The position numbers and the translations under genes were made by a program. A model generated the notes under the pieces. It was given only the letters and a program-made list of their open reading frames with translations. It was not told the DNA's origin and made no database searches. Below are positions 1 through 13,200 of a DNA stretch of 64,000 nt, one piece after another. Origin of the DNA: Phoronis australis. Its lineage: Eukaryota > Animalia > Phoronida. Within the stretch, counting starts at the first letter, position 1, and each line of letters starts with the position of its first letter. Where the stretch lies: contig NMRA01000850.1 of the NCBI GenBank assembly GCA_002633005.1, forward strand, positions 57,273-121,272, given 5' to 3'.

Positions 1-7
1 ATTTTTG

Positions 8-375
8 AAAACATTTTGATCATAGAGAAGGTTGTATTTGTACGGAAGCAGTTCGTATATTGTTCATGTTTTATGGGAACACTATTTAGAAACTTCCCAA
101 TACTAGAGATTGCTTCTTTTCAAAACAGAAATTAAACAGGTTGGGCCCCTGGAAAATGTAAATGTCCTTGTGAAAGATTCGTAACTCGTTAGTGTCCCGT
201 CGACATTTGTAGGATGATAAAAATAATTGTTTTTCGAAGCCATCCCAGACAGAAGAAACATTTTTACCATCGAGAAAGTTGGATTTGTACCAAAGTAGTT
301 CTTATAAAATCTTACTGTTTCACGGGAAAACTATTTAGAACCGAAAATTTTCCAACTCTAGAAATTGCTTTCTTC
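8..375. repeat. Diverged tandem repeat, ~248-bp period
   Basis: AAACATTTT..CAT.GAGAA.GTTG.ATTTGTAC..AAG.AGTTC.TATA...GGGAA.ACTATTTAGAA at ~8 and ~256. Confidence 0.7.
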
Positions 376-878
376 CACAGTTGATTTTAAATATGTATTT
401 TGCCAACTTCACCATCTCATATAAATTAATAGTATAAAACATTTTTGGTCATCCGCTGTGTTGTGGATGGCAGGGCGATGAGGAGGTGGCCTAATGGATT
501 ATTTAACAACTGCGACTTTGCCATCGGAGTCATTTTCAATCCTAAAACGGATCATTGGCGTCGATATTTAATTTTGCACCGGCGTTTCCTCAGTAACGAG
601 CTTCGTAGAGCTGACAAACAATATTTAGCAAAAGTGTTTTGTTTACATTAGCGTATTGTCACAATACACTCATGAGTTCTGTCACCGGTTGATTCTGTCT
701 ATAATCTTATTTGATAGACATGAAAAGTTCAAAGTTCATGCAAACAACAATTGTTGATTCCTGTTGCGTCTTTTTGATAGCACCGTATAAAAGGGGATGG
801 GTTAGGTTATCTCCGATTTATAGGCGTTCAGTGGTGTACTGTGACCGTACAGTTTTGCACAGAGGGGTCATCAGCAGC

Positions 879-1217
879 ATGTCGGAACCACAGTTTCATA
901 TCGCAGACTATGTCGTGTTCGTTGTCGTCTTAGTCATTTCTGCCAGTATAGGATTGTTTTATGCGTGCACGGGTGGTAGACAGAAAACCAACAAAGAATA
1001 CCTGATGGCCAATCGGAACATGAAAGTGGGTCCAGTGACACTCTCTTTGCTCGTCTCCTACATGTCAGCTATTTCGATTCTAGGATATCCCGCTGAGATG
1101 TACACGCGAGGAACGCAGCAGTGGATGTCTGTCGTTGGCATGATGTTGGCTTGCTTGTTGTCAGCGGTGATATTTGTTCCTCTCCTGTATCCTCTGAAAC
1201 TCACAAGTGCTTATGAG
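879..1217 (+). CDS. SLC5 exon 1 (MSEPQFHIADYVVF...LKLTSAYE)
   Basis: ATG at 879 follows a probable 5'UTR acceptor ttttgcacag ending at 862. Donor GAG|gtaaat at 1218; phase 0. Confidence 0.92.
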
Positions 1218-4200
1218 GTAAATCAGTCTTGAAGTACACGTCTACCACTTATATCTTCTGTAAATAATACTGTCCCTGCCACTGTTATTACTACATGTAC
1301 GTCCTGTTGAAGTTACTACTACATGTGCTCACCCAGCCTAAAAAGTGGGGGGCTCGAATTTTTGAATATGTGGACGTTTTACTAAAAAACGAAGGTACGT
1401 TCAGAGCTATGAATTGTGCATTCGCCGATTTTTGATAGTTCCTGCTCTTTCAATAGACTTCTGTCTCGTTTACTACTTTTCCGGACTTGTTTGTCTGAGG
1501 CGAACCTTTTTGCACACTTCGCCAAATGGGGGCGGGGGGGGGGCTTGTTGGAACCCCCAGAGCCCTCCTGTGTACTACTACCACTACCACTACCACTACC
1601 TCTACCACTACCACTACCACTACTACTGGTGTTGTCGCTACTGTTGTTGCGGATAACCACTGCCATTACTACAGATACGCAAATCATATAAATAGGCCCT
1701 CACTGAAATTTCAGACACTTTCTACATTGTAGTTACATTCGTTTTTGCCATGCCTAGCTTTTAAGAGAACTTCATTCCCGGGCACCCTTCTGGTGAGCAT
1801 TGAAACTGAATAGCCGACTATCACATGAAAGATTGGACGTAATAATGCAGCTCAGTTCTTCACAAGTCCATGACATTCAAAACGCTCAGGCCCGGCTTTA
1901 TGTAAGTCTACTATAGCTACGACGATCGTCAGCTCGCTTCTGCAAACACGACGCTGCCAAAACGTGGCAACTCAAGTAAATTTGGTAACTTGTCATAAGC
2001 AGTCTTAAGGCCCTTTCATATTGACTTAAATCCGGTCTGAGTGGCTTCGAAGTAAACGGTTGGTGACGCCGTCGTCATCGAAGTTATCACAAGGTAGCGC
2101 TGAACGCTAAGATTGTTTTCAACGTTACAATTTGGGAACATTTACATGTGCGAAAAGATATTAAACCTATTTTTAAATCGATTGGTTATTATTAAAGGAA
2201 AAAATAAGCAGCTATTAGTGACGGCCCTGTAACTGTTGACAACAGTGGCACCTGGAGATAACTTCGATTGGACCGAAGTTAACCGTTCATATTGCACCGC
2301 AGCGTCGACGCTGCGCTGTTAATCCGCCTGTTAACTGCGATGTTAACTGGAGCTGTTAACTGCGATCCAGGACCGGAGTTAAGCGTTCACACTGACCGCA
2401 ACTCCCTAAACCATCGACGCGTCGACGTTTGTATGAAAGGCCCTTTAGGGACCCTCTTCATGATCCACTTCGGAACTGTGAGCAAATTAAAATTTTGAAG
2501 ATACTTTCGTCTTAACTCGTATATCCTCTAAGAAACACGACCCAGGTGTTTAATGTATTTTTCCCGCAACCGATATGAGAATGGGTGAAACCACTTTTAG
2601 CTCAAATATCTCTTGAGAAGCAAGGAGTTCGTACAAACAAACATTGAGGTCTATTTGTGAAAAAAAGGAGAAAACCTAGAGAGAATAAGACTGCTGCGGT
2701 CTGTATCGCTTGGACACATTAGCTTGTCAGCATTCGAAAATGGCTTATCCAATATCGATTAAGGAAGTCAGAGTTTGGATTAGGGCTCGAGCCCCTACTT
2801 CAACCTTTAGAGGCAAACGTTTCAACATTACGCGTCTTTTCATTTCTCGTTTAGTATTTGGAGTTACGATTCAAGTCCAAGGCAGCCCGACTTACTGGCA
2901 ATGTCTGCTCAGTGTTGGCGTCGGTAAGTAGACGCGGAATTCAATATATAAACTCGTCTCACCTAAGAAAAATCAAATTTTGATTTAGACCACGTACCGT
3001 TATGAACTTTGCCTCAAGTTGTTCGTTTGTGAAAATAGATGTGATCTATGTGCCAATAATTAAAGGACTTTATTTATTAGAGAACACAACTGCTGTAGTA
3101 CTATAGGACAAAGACCACAGTTCGAGTGGCTGATTTTGACGTTATCAATGGCCTGGGTCAATGAAAGTCTTTGTTTGCAAGTGCCTCAAGACACAAGGCA
3201 TAACTTATAACAAGTACACTCGACAGAATTTCTCAAGAATTTGAAAATTCAACAAAGCCATCTCTTTTTGCCTTGCTACGTCAACCGCAAAGATGCCAAA
3301 AGTGACGAAAATTTGCGATATTGGCCTTTTTGCACCTAACAGCCCATTTTCGCAACTGACCGGTTGCAAGAGGAGACAATAATCCAAAAGCTCTTGCACT
3401 CTAGATTCTAGAAATTTAGGTTAAAACATACCTATCAGATTGTTTCAAATTGCTAGAAATTTAGGTTAAAACATACCTACCAGATTGTTTCAAATTGTCA
3501 CTTGTCTGTCGAATACATGTGTTCGTGCCAAAAATCTCCCACTGGGAGAGTTGCGTTTTGAAAATGCCATTGGCAGCACTCACCATCTGATCAGCAAAAT
3601 GGCCGTCAAACCTGACCCACCCCATTTTTTCATTTTTGGGAACCTGCAAAGGCCAAACTGTGGCCTTGGATAATGCAATGCCGGAAGCCGAGAGGCCATA
3701 CTCTGAACATAACAAGAATACGCCAAACAATGGCGCTGGGTTAGGAAAGAATTGAGAGTTCGTTATTGCTTGAGACTAGGCTCTACCAGTTGACCTATCA
3801 CACTGTGTCATTTTATTCGCCAAGCTTGGTCAAGCAATAACCAAAAACTACTTCTCGCCTGAGTAAAGAAAAAGTTGAGACCGGTAAGTCATCTACATCC
3901 AAAATAGTTTCTTCGACGGAAATTGGGTTCACAGTAGATTTAAATTTAATGCAGGTCTATGTATAAAGAGCTTATATGCTACTTTGCTACTTTGACCTTG
4001 CGTACGAAAAGTCCTCGAACACAAATATTTGCTTTTAACAGAATTAAATTCATGTTGATTATAATGTGCTTTTAATGAAATCTTTGTTTTTAAGGTTATG
4101 TATATGGGTATATCGCTCTACGCTCCATCAACAGCATTAGAAACAGGTAATCGCATACATTTTTTACCCATAAATCATATTATAACTGATAAGTGTGGTT

Positions 4201-7200
4201 GGGTGGCCCCAGCTATATATCCCTACGACATATAAAACAATGCATGGTACAAGACAAATAATATTTTGAAAAAAAAAATCGTTGTGATTGGGCGTACAAA
4301 TAACATGAAAGTATTATAAAAGAGGGGTGGGGGAAGGGGGAAAACTTCCTTACACTCATTCACACGCACATATTCACTCGATTTAATTGACTGAAATTAA
4401 ATATACATTTACGTAGGCTTACCTTTATGAAAAAGTGTTACAATAGGACATAGAAGTGGTTAAAAATAACATCAAATGTTGTTTTATCCTTTTTAAGAAG
4501 ATGCCTGCAAAATCCTTCACTGTTCTAAAGTTTTGTCATATGCATGCTTTCTAACAGTAATATTCTGTGCTGTGCAAAATATACCTTTGATCAGTGACTC
4601 CTCGTAATCTTGTGTTGTGACAGATGTATTGATGGTATGATAGCGTGTTATAAAATAAAATTAAAGAATAAATGCACAAAACGTACCGAGAGTGGCGTAC
4701 ATGAAATAATATCCCACGAGACAGTATTCCGCGTATCGACCAGACCGAACGCTTCGAATTTTTAAGTTTTTTACATTTTTTTGGCAGATTTTTCAAATAC
4801 TTCACCCAGACTGTTCACATGGCGGATCACATCCTGTATGTATGTACTTGCGCGTTAGGTTGCAAGTTTTCTCTTGTAAAAGAAACAGTTTTAAAAGTAA
4901 CGATTTATTTCTTGAAAAGAGGTAACAAAGATGAAAACAACGGCAACTGAGCAGTGAACTTGTAACATCTCCTGGAATTAGTTAAAAAACAACAATATTT
5001 GATATTGTAATTCCCTAGGTCGTGAATTGGCGCCTGAGTTGCAGACCATATAGTATTCAGCAATTGAAAACTGAGATATAAGTGTCTTATAATTAACAGT
5101 TTTGTTCCAAATTTTACGTTTAGGGCCTGGTTGCATGTCGAGTGTTAGTTACACTGTTGCAACTTTATTACTTTAAACTATATTCGGAAAGTTTGATGAT
5201 CGAACCGGCTGAAGACGTCGAGTCAATATTGACCTACCTTTTGAACTTTGTCAGAGGTCGGTGTTGAAGTAGTGCTTTGGGTGAATACGGAAAACTTTAT
5301 TTCATGGCCGTATTTCCCTGGACAGATTCAACGCGCGTGGGATAAATAACTGTTACACGGATTTATGGCGTATGCAAACTCACTTCGTGCAACCAGGGAA
5401 TTTTGTTAGAGTTTCTTTCCACGCAAACGATCTTGCGGTGAGCTTTGCGTTACAAAAATCGCCAGTTCATACTAGGTGTTGTGGCATTCGAAAAGCTGTT
5501 CATCTGATAATTGAACGTAAAAAGTGGGGGGACTCGAATTTTTAAGAATGTGGACCTTTTACTAAGTTTCATGAGGTACGGTCAGAGCTATAAATTGTGC
5601 ATTCGCCGAATTTTGGTAGTTCCTGTCTTTTTAGTGACGTTTTGGCCCACTTCGCCATATGGGAGGGGGGGCTAATTCGAGCCCCCCGAGCCTTCCCCTG
5701 GGTGCGCGCATGGACACATAGATATATGTCCTCGCTTCCCTTCCACCATTTGTCCCTTGGACTACGACAGCGTCTTCATCAAAAAAGCAGCAAATAGGTA
5801 TACGCAATGATACTCCTCACTTATTCCATAGATATCGTTCACAGTGTTCTTACAAGGGTTTACGTGCCATGCCTTGAAACTTGACTATTCCAAACATCCA
5901 CAGAACCGGCTTTCATGGGAAATTTCATATCCAACATCAGGTTTTTTAAGCGATGCACGAGTTAATTGGATCATATAGTACTGAGTAGTCGGCAATCGCA
6001 TGAACAAGTTAACATAATAATGCGACTCACCGTTCTCCACAAGTCCACAGGGAGAAAACTATGGAAACACAACGTGTTCTTTTGAGAACGTGTACAGTGC
6101 ACTCGTTCACGTGAGTGCATCCCACTCGTCTGTATTCTTTGCACGCTCAAATCCTTAAGTCGTTGATGGAAAACGTTCAGATTACAGTAGAATAGCAAAA
6201 TTTATAGCAACTCATTGCGTTATCTTGCATACGCTCATACGACTGCCTTGCTTTTTTGCTGTACAATGCACGCGTGAATACGGAAGTCGTCGTAAGAAGA
6301 CACTGGAGAGTTATATACAACTGTTCGCCAGTACCCGGGCCAGAATCTAGATTGCAATCTATTACAAGCACCAGAGTTAGAAAGACTAACGGATTTACGT
6401 GCGCATTGTTACAGCGACGATGATTGCAAAGCACTTGCAGATTTCAGCATGAACGTGCGCAAATGTCAACTCCTTGGTTTGCGGAGAAATACGCCATTGT
6501 ACTGTATTCCGCTGAGCGTGTTGTATTGGCGACTTCCAGATTCTAGCGTGTATTATATAGTTGTATAGTGACGACGGCGTTGCGCGTAAAAGAGGTATTC
6601 CGATCCAGACACATGCAGTCACATACAAGAGACTGCATTATAAAGGACAAAGCAGAGTTTCAACCTTATTAACCAACCAACATAAGGTTGGGTTTCGGTG
6701 TTTTTCAAGAAATTAAAAATTAGCAGGAAGATCTGTTTATAATGATTACGTTGATTTGCTTTTATTGTGGAATTTGCAGTGACTGGATTTCCGGCTTGGG
6801 CAACCATTATAATTGTCGGCAGCGTTGTCACTTTCTATACGACGTTGGTAAGTAGGCCTAAGAAGCCACGCAGTGATCCCGACTGATGATCGAGTAACAT
6901 TTGATGTGGCTTGTCTGGAAGACTTTGAGCTAGATTCACCATGGAAATTTTTCTTATGTTTAAAATTAATAATTTTGATTGATTTGTTTGACTGTCGCTA
7001 TTGGTTTGTTTTTCTATATCGTTATTCTGTGAGCTAAATAAACACATGGTTTTAAGCTATTGGATAAACAGCATTTCGCAAAATATCGAGAGACAGTTTT
7101 TGACTGGGGAAAGACGCTCCGAGTTATTCACATGACCATGCACGTAAATGGAAATTAGAAATAGCACTGAAAAATCTCGGGAAACTTGCATAGATATGGG

Positions 7201-10200
7201 TAGATAGGCGTATGCATTGTTCAACTTTGTTTTTCTTTCGTATTATGAACATAATGGTAAGTATTTATCAGTAACCGGCTGGTATACGCCCAAGGTACGA
7301 TATCCGTGTGACCTGAATTGATATATTCAAGAAAGACGCAATAAAGCAATGGTAGCGCTCCGTAGGCGATAACCATGCGACGCGCTTAGCCCGTCACATG
7401 GATCTCGCAAGTTAAAGAATAGCTTGCGCAATCCATACGACGTCATTTAGCATGGGATACTTCTGAATGATCAAATTGAGAACCATGTTTTCACTCTCCA
7501 TTGGCAGGAATTATGTGCAAGAGATATCGTGAAACACTTTGATGATATTCATGTTGATTTACTTCACAGACATAAATTTACCAGTCGTTGCATTATGTTA
7601 CAGGGTGGCATGAAAGCGGTTATTTGGACTGACGTGTTTCAAGCCGTCGTCATGTTTGCTGGGACTATTGCAATTTTAATTCAGGTAACCAATTTGAATA
7701 CAAGGGGATACAATAATAGATACACGGAACTTCGCAGACGCACGGTTTTTGTTGACCACGGAACATAAATTCTACTATTTTGAGAACGGTTTGTTAGCAA
7801 AGGTACATTTTTCTCAGCGAAAATTGCTCTTGTTGATACGACAGCTGCCCGAAAGTATACGTTGCGGTTCGTCTAAATATAAAGAACCACGCTACCAAAC
7901 TACGGATATATTTCCCCACAGCTATTCATCCTTTACTTAGACTATCGAGGAAGCACCGAAAGCGGGTTGATTGAAATTGATTACTATCTAAACCAAATAC
8001 GGATTACACTTTTCCAATCACCCACTATCTCGCGTCAACGGACGGTGACAACTTTTAAGTCTGAATGTTCAAAATCTTTTCTCGCTAAATTATTATCAAA
8101 ATTCACCCTATACCTTGATAAGTTGCTTTCAATTTCACGTTAGAAATGAGCACAATCATGTGATTTTATATTACAAACGCTTCACTGAGTAAGCTTAAAA
8201 ACCGCTATCCGTTATCTTTAACGGGCCTTAATCCGTTGAATTTTGTGTTATGAAGAGACTACGTCTTGTTGACGGTATATCTTTAATGACATTTCTTTGA
8301 TTCTTCACAAAATTTTTTCGCAGGGATGTATTAAAGTTGGAGGAATTGGAAGAGTTTGGGAGATAAACGTCAACGGAGGAAGAATTGAATTTTTCAAGTA
8401 AGGAAAACCACTTGCTCACCATACTACACGTTCAAGTACAAGTACACACGTCACGGTTTTGTGCTTTCAACCTCACGGTTAGGTCTTACGCGCCTTATGC
8501 TGTGCCCACTTGTGCTAGTTCTAAGATTGTGAAGCATACAGATGGCACAATGTACTCTTTGGAATCGTAATTCGTAACAACAAGTTTTCAAACAGAAACG
8601 AAACCATGGGCCCGTTCCAACAAAACTGACTTAGCTAAGACAAATCTTATATTTTAGTAAATTTTAAAATAAAAGTTAAATTTGTCTCAAAACCAATCCA
8701 ATTAAGAGATCTTAAGTTTGACTTAAGTGTTTGACATAAATTTTGTCTTAATTTTGACTAACTAACCGAATGTGAAAGTTTCAAAGTTTGGAAGTTAAGG
8801 CAAATCTTGAACTTAAGTCAAAAATGAACGTAAGTCAGTTTCTTGGAACAGGCTCCAGGACTGTTTCCCGTAACGCAATGCATTCTCGAGGCACTTTTGG
8901 TGAGAAACCTTCAAATAGGAAACGGATACCGTGAGTTTCCTCCCATAGCCTACACATAATTCAACATTCTAACAGCGCCAACCAGTCATTGCAGTGTCGC
9001 TCATTTAGCTAATGTACGGAGGTATTGCTTCAGATCAGTTTTGAATCTGACGTGCAACACAAGTTATCACCCGAAAAAATTATGTAAAGTTACAATGAGT
9101 ACCGCCAAAAAGGGATATCGGTTCCCTGAGCTATAAGTCTGGTGGCCTTGATGATTTGAGGTGGGTTTTCTCAGTTTCAACAAGTACCAGTGCCCCACCT
9201 GCCATTTTTATTTTGAGTGACATCCTCTCCTCTGCAACCGACACCCTTTCCATGTTCCGTACAACATAGTATCATTTTTTTGTCGAGACACCTGGGTTGC
9301 GTTTCTTAGACACAAGACACTCGCGAGTAAAGCTAGGTAAGTGTGATCACGTGCTTCGCGTGCTATGCATGGCAATGTCTCGCGAAGCCTTGCATTATCT
9401 TCGTTTTATGGCAAGAAACTTGGTCTACGAAACGCAGAACTAGGCGACCTAAGCTTAGCTATGGTCCTCGTCGGCTTAATGGATAATCTAGCAGTGATAA
9501 TAACACAGCTTATCAGTTATTTATGAACTGGGCGCTGCAAACATATTCCTCATGATTTTCTCGTTGAACTAGTTTCAACTTCGACCCAACCGTCCGACAT
9601 ACAACGTGGGGTCTGGTGATCGCTCAAACATTTCTATGGACGGGAGTCTACGGTGTAAATCAGCCATCTGTACAACGATTCGGTGCCTTAGAAACACGAA
9701 GGGAAGCACAAATGTAAGTTTTCTCCCATTAAAAAGTTTAAAGTGTGATTTTATTGAAATTTTACTGGTAGTGCGCCTGTAAGTAAGTGCTTTACGGAAG
9801 TGTAGGACTTTGAGCTGCCACGTGTCATATCCGTGTTTATCTATGTTATTTTGCCGCGGTTAACACACGAGATGCCTAGGTAGGCCTAACTAGTTTATAT
9901 GCCTAGGGCTCATTTCGCAACGCAAGGTGCGTAAGAACATCACATGAAGGCTTTCGTGATCTTTTTCTTGCAAGAAATTTGGCCCACATAAGGAACACAC
10001 ATCAACATTTTAAACACCAACAGCCAGCATTGCTCCTAAACAACGTATCATTCACCGAAGCGTCATTTGCACACGCTGGTAGTCTTCATGCAAAACTGAC
10101 GATTTCGCGCGGTATCCTCAGACATGTACCTGCAGCTTGGGGGAAGACACAAGTGCAGTGATGTATACATTTTTGGTTTGAACGCGTAGAAACAATAGAA

Positions 10201-13200
10201 TGTATTAGCTAAAACCTTCAACCGCATCTAATTTCAGAGTTGTGCTGTTAAATATACCTCTCGTGTTTACATGGGTCACGATGACGTGCTTGGTAGGCTT
10301 ACCGATATATGCTTACTACGTGGAAAAAGGGTGCGACCCCATTGCAAATGGAGACATCAGCAATCCAAACCAGTTGGTTCCCTATTTTGTAATGGAAGTC
10401 TTCAACTACCCTGGCTTTCCGGGTCTCTTTGTAGCTGCTCTGTTCTGCGGGACTCTAAGGTAAATGCGCATGTGCAGATACTTCGAGACTCTCGGTATTT
10501 ATGCCCATAAGATAATCACACTTCGCATGTGTATGTTAATATTACACGACCATTGATATTCCTGTCCCCTTGTTGGCTTATTTTCAGTAGGGTGACTTTC
10601 GTTATGAGGTGATATTAGCCGGCTAGCCGTGGTATATCACTTCTCATTCATACCGACCGCCGTCAGAAGTTAATATTTGTGATTTGACCAATTACATTCT
10701 GCAGAAACTATGAACCCCTGGCCGCATAAACCATATGAGCAGATGATGACAGTACACCAAGGCATCCAAAATGTGTCAGTCTAATAAAAGACTAAAAAAT
10801 CAGAGCAAAGAAGTATCAGTGGTCATATAATAAAACAAATATAGACCGATCTCTCCGGCGTATCAAGCTCATATGGTCATTGGCGGAAGATGTTATCTGC
10901 CTCGATCTCGTATTACATGATATTTTCCACGGCATTAGCCATTTTTAACGAAAACACTGTCTTAATATCGTAAAAAATACGGAAAATTCATTAAGATTCT
11001 AATTTATAAGCGGCAACGACAGTAGTGTAAATGGTAAATGAAAAGCTTCGACAGAATTTTAGCGGCGTATCATGGGGTGGGGTAACGTAAGGTGAGATTA
11101 TTTCAATTATGCTATAAATGATTTCATTGGTCGTCGACAAATGCAGTCACCTCCTTTGCTTTAAAGTGGAAATTGCGCTCACATTTGATTATCCGGTATA
11201 TTCCTACAACATATGCCGCTGATTGCGCCTGGGACCCACAACATTAAGCCTAAAAATAGGCTATTCTTAATTTTTATGACATTGTTAAAATGATCGGAAG
11301 TGTTGTAGGAATGTACACATTCACCCATTTCTTATCAAAATACCATACTGAAATGGACGGCATGTTTCTTTCAGCTCTTTGTCCTCAGCACTCTCGTCAA
11401 TTGCAGCTAATCTTTGGGAAGACATTTTCAAACAGAAGCTAGGATCTCTGTCCGATTTGCAACAGACTCTGTTCACCAAAGGCATTGGTAGGCCTGTAAA
11501 GTTCAACTCGTGATGACATCTCTCACAAAAAATAATAAACTTTGAACACTTGTGGTTATTAATTTGGTCTCAAATTATTCCTTAGTCAATTTAACAGACG
11601 TAATTTCTGGACTTAGTAACGATCAACTCACAGTCAGTTCTTTCCAAGGTAAAACTACTTCTCATCTGAGTAAGAAACAATTTGAGACCAATTTTACTAA
11701 ATTTGTTTTCATTGACTGTCCAAAATCTTTTTTTCTCCTCGCCCTACCGTCACTCTTCTGAGCTCGGTAGTCTCGTTTAGTTATCTTATTCTTCGCGTTT
11801 TTCATTCTTGGGGGCTGTCATTTTTGTTGTAAATTACCTATTTAATTTTTAGGATTAAAAATCATTTGTCTTATTGGAAATGAAATGTTTTGGGTGGTGC
11901 AAACATTTTTCTGTATGTGAAGTGAGCAAGTAAAAATACCGAACCATTGACTCAATATTCAATGCAAATCAGGTCAGAATCAACTGTGGTTTTTGGGCCT
12001 TTCATGCCTAGAAGAAGCTAAACCGTATATGTCGTTGCAGTGTGTTTATTTGGTCTCGCAGCCATTGGAATGGCTTTCTTGGCGTCGACATTTAAGGGAC
12101 AAGTGGTTCAGGTAATCTCCTTCGTCATTGTCTTAATTGTCGCGTCTACCTGTTGTCAGGTTGCTTCAGAAAGAAGTCAATAAGAATAGAATTAAAATTT
12201 AATACAAACCCAGTCAAAAATGTCGACAAAGAATGTTTCTACACTCTTCATAAACGACTGACGTATGCGAATGATCGGGCTGTGTAGATAATTGTTCCGA
12301 GACGACATTTGGAGCTCATTCCTTCCATGAATTCGCCATTATTCTTGAAAACGAGGTATTGTGTCCAAACTACTATGGTTCTGCATCCTTGGAACATGTG
12401 CGCTTTCACGTTTGCGTTGGTAAAATGGATTTTACCCTGTAAAACCAGTCATTATGTCCTAAACAATGATGCACAACAATAATTTTTTTACAGCGCCATC
12501 AAAAATCCGACATATCATTGTCATCCGTGAAAAGGTGAATAGTGTATCGTTGGCCACTGAGACTCCGTTGAAATAGAACACGACCGGTTTTGTTTCAACT
12601 TTCGTTTGACTCAGAGGAAATCTTATACGCCAACCAGACCACTGTCTCCACAGTCCGATTCTAGTATGCGACTTCGTATACTATAATCGGAGTGTTAGTC
12701 GGTGGGCCAGAATTTGTAGGGCCTCTAGAAAATGGTTTTTGTGAGTACTTTAGGGGGGCAATTTTATTTTGGTGTTTTTTAATTCATTTATTAGAGTGTT
12801 TTCAAAATCTAAAAAGTTCCCACATATAAAGTTGCACATTTTTAAAGAAATTTGAGTTCGAAGTTACCTAATAATCACCAAAGAGCTTAGTAAACTTATA
12901 TTTGTAAAAACAACAGTTTTGGTGACTTTTTTGTAAAACAAGTAATATGGTCCCATCAGTGCCATTGTATTGAACAATATTACACTCCCGTTACATGTTT
13001 TACTATTGTGGATTAATTGTAAACAGTGAAATTTAAAAAATGTAAAGAGATACCTAGTGGCAATAATGCAAACTAAGTCTGAATGTTACTAGGAAATTAT
13101 TCTGGCATTGTCTGGCAACGAAAATAACACAAAACACTTGAGACTGGGCAAAATTTGTGCCTCAATGACTAAAACATTGACTAATGATGTAAAATACAGC

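Noticed and set aside
711-878. N-terminal extension of the 173-aa ORF 711..1232
   Set aside because: Starts at TTG and crosses a likely splice acceptor at 862; SLC5 similarity begins at ATG 879.
1382-1732. Four overlapping ORFs with poly-Thr, LP, YH and GS repeats
   Set aside because: Translations of a CTACCA microsatellite and a MITE inside intron 1.
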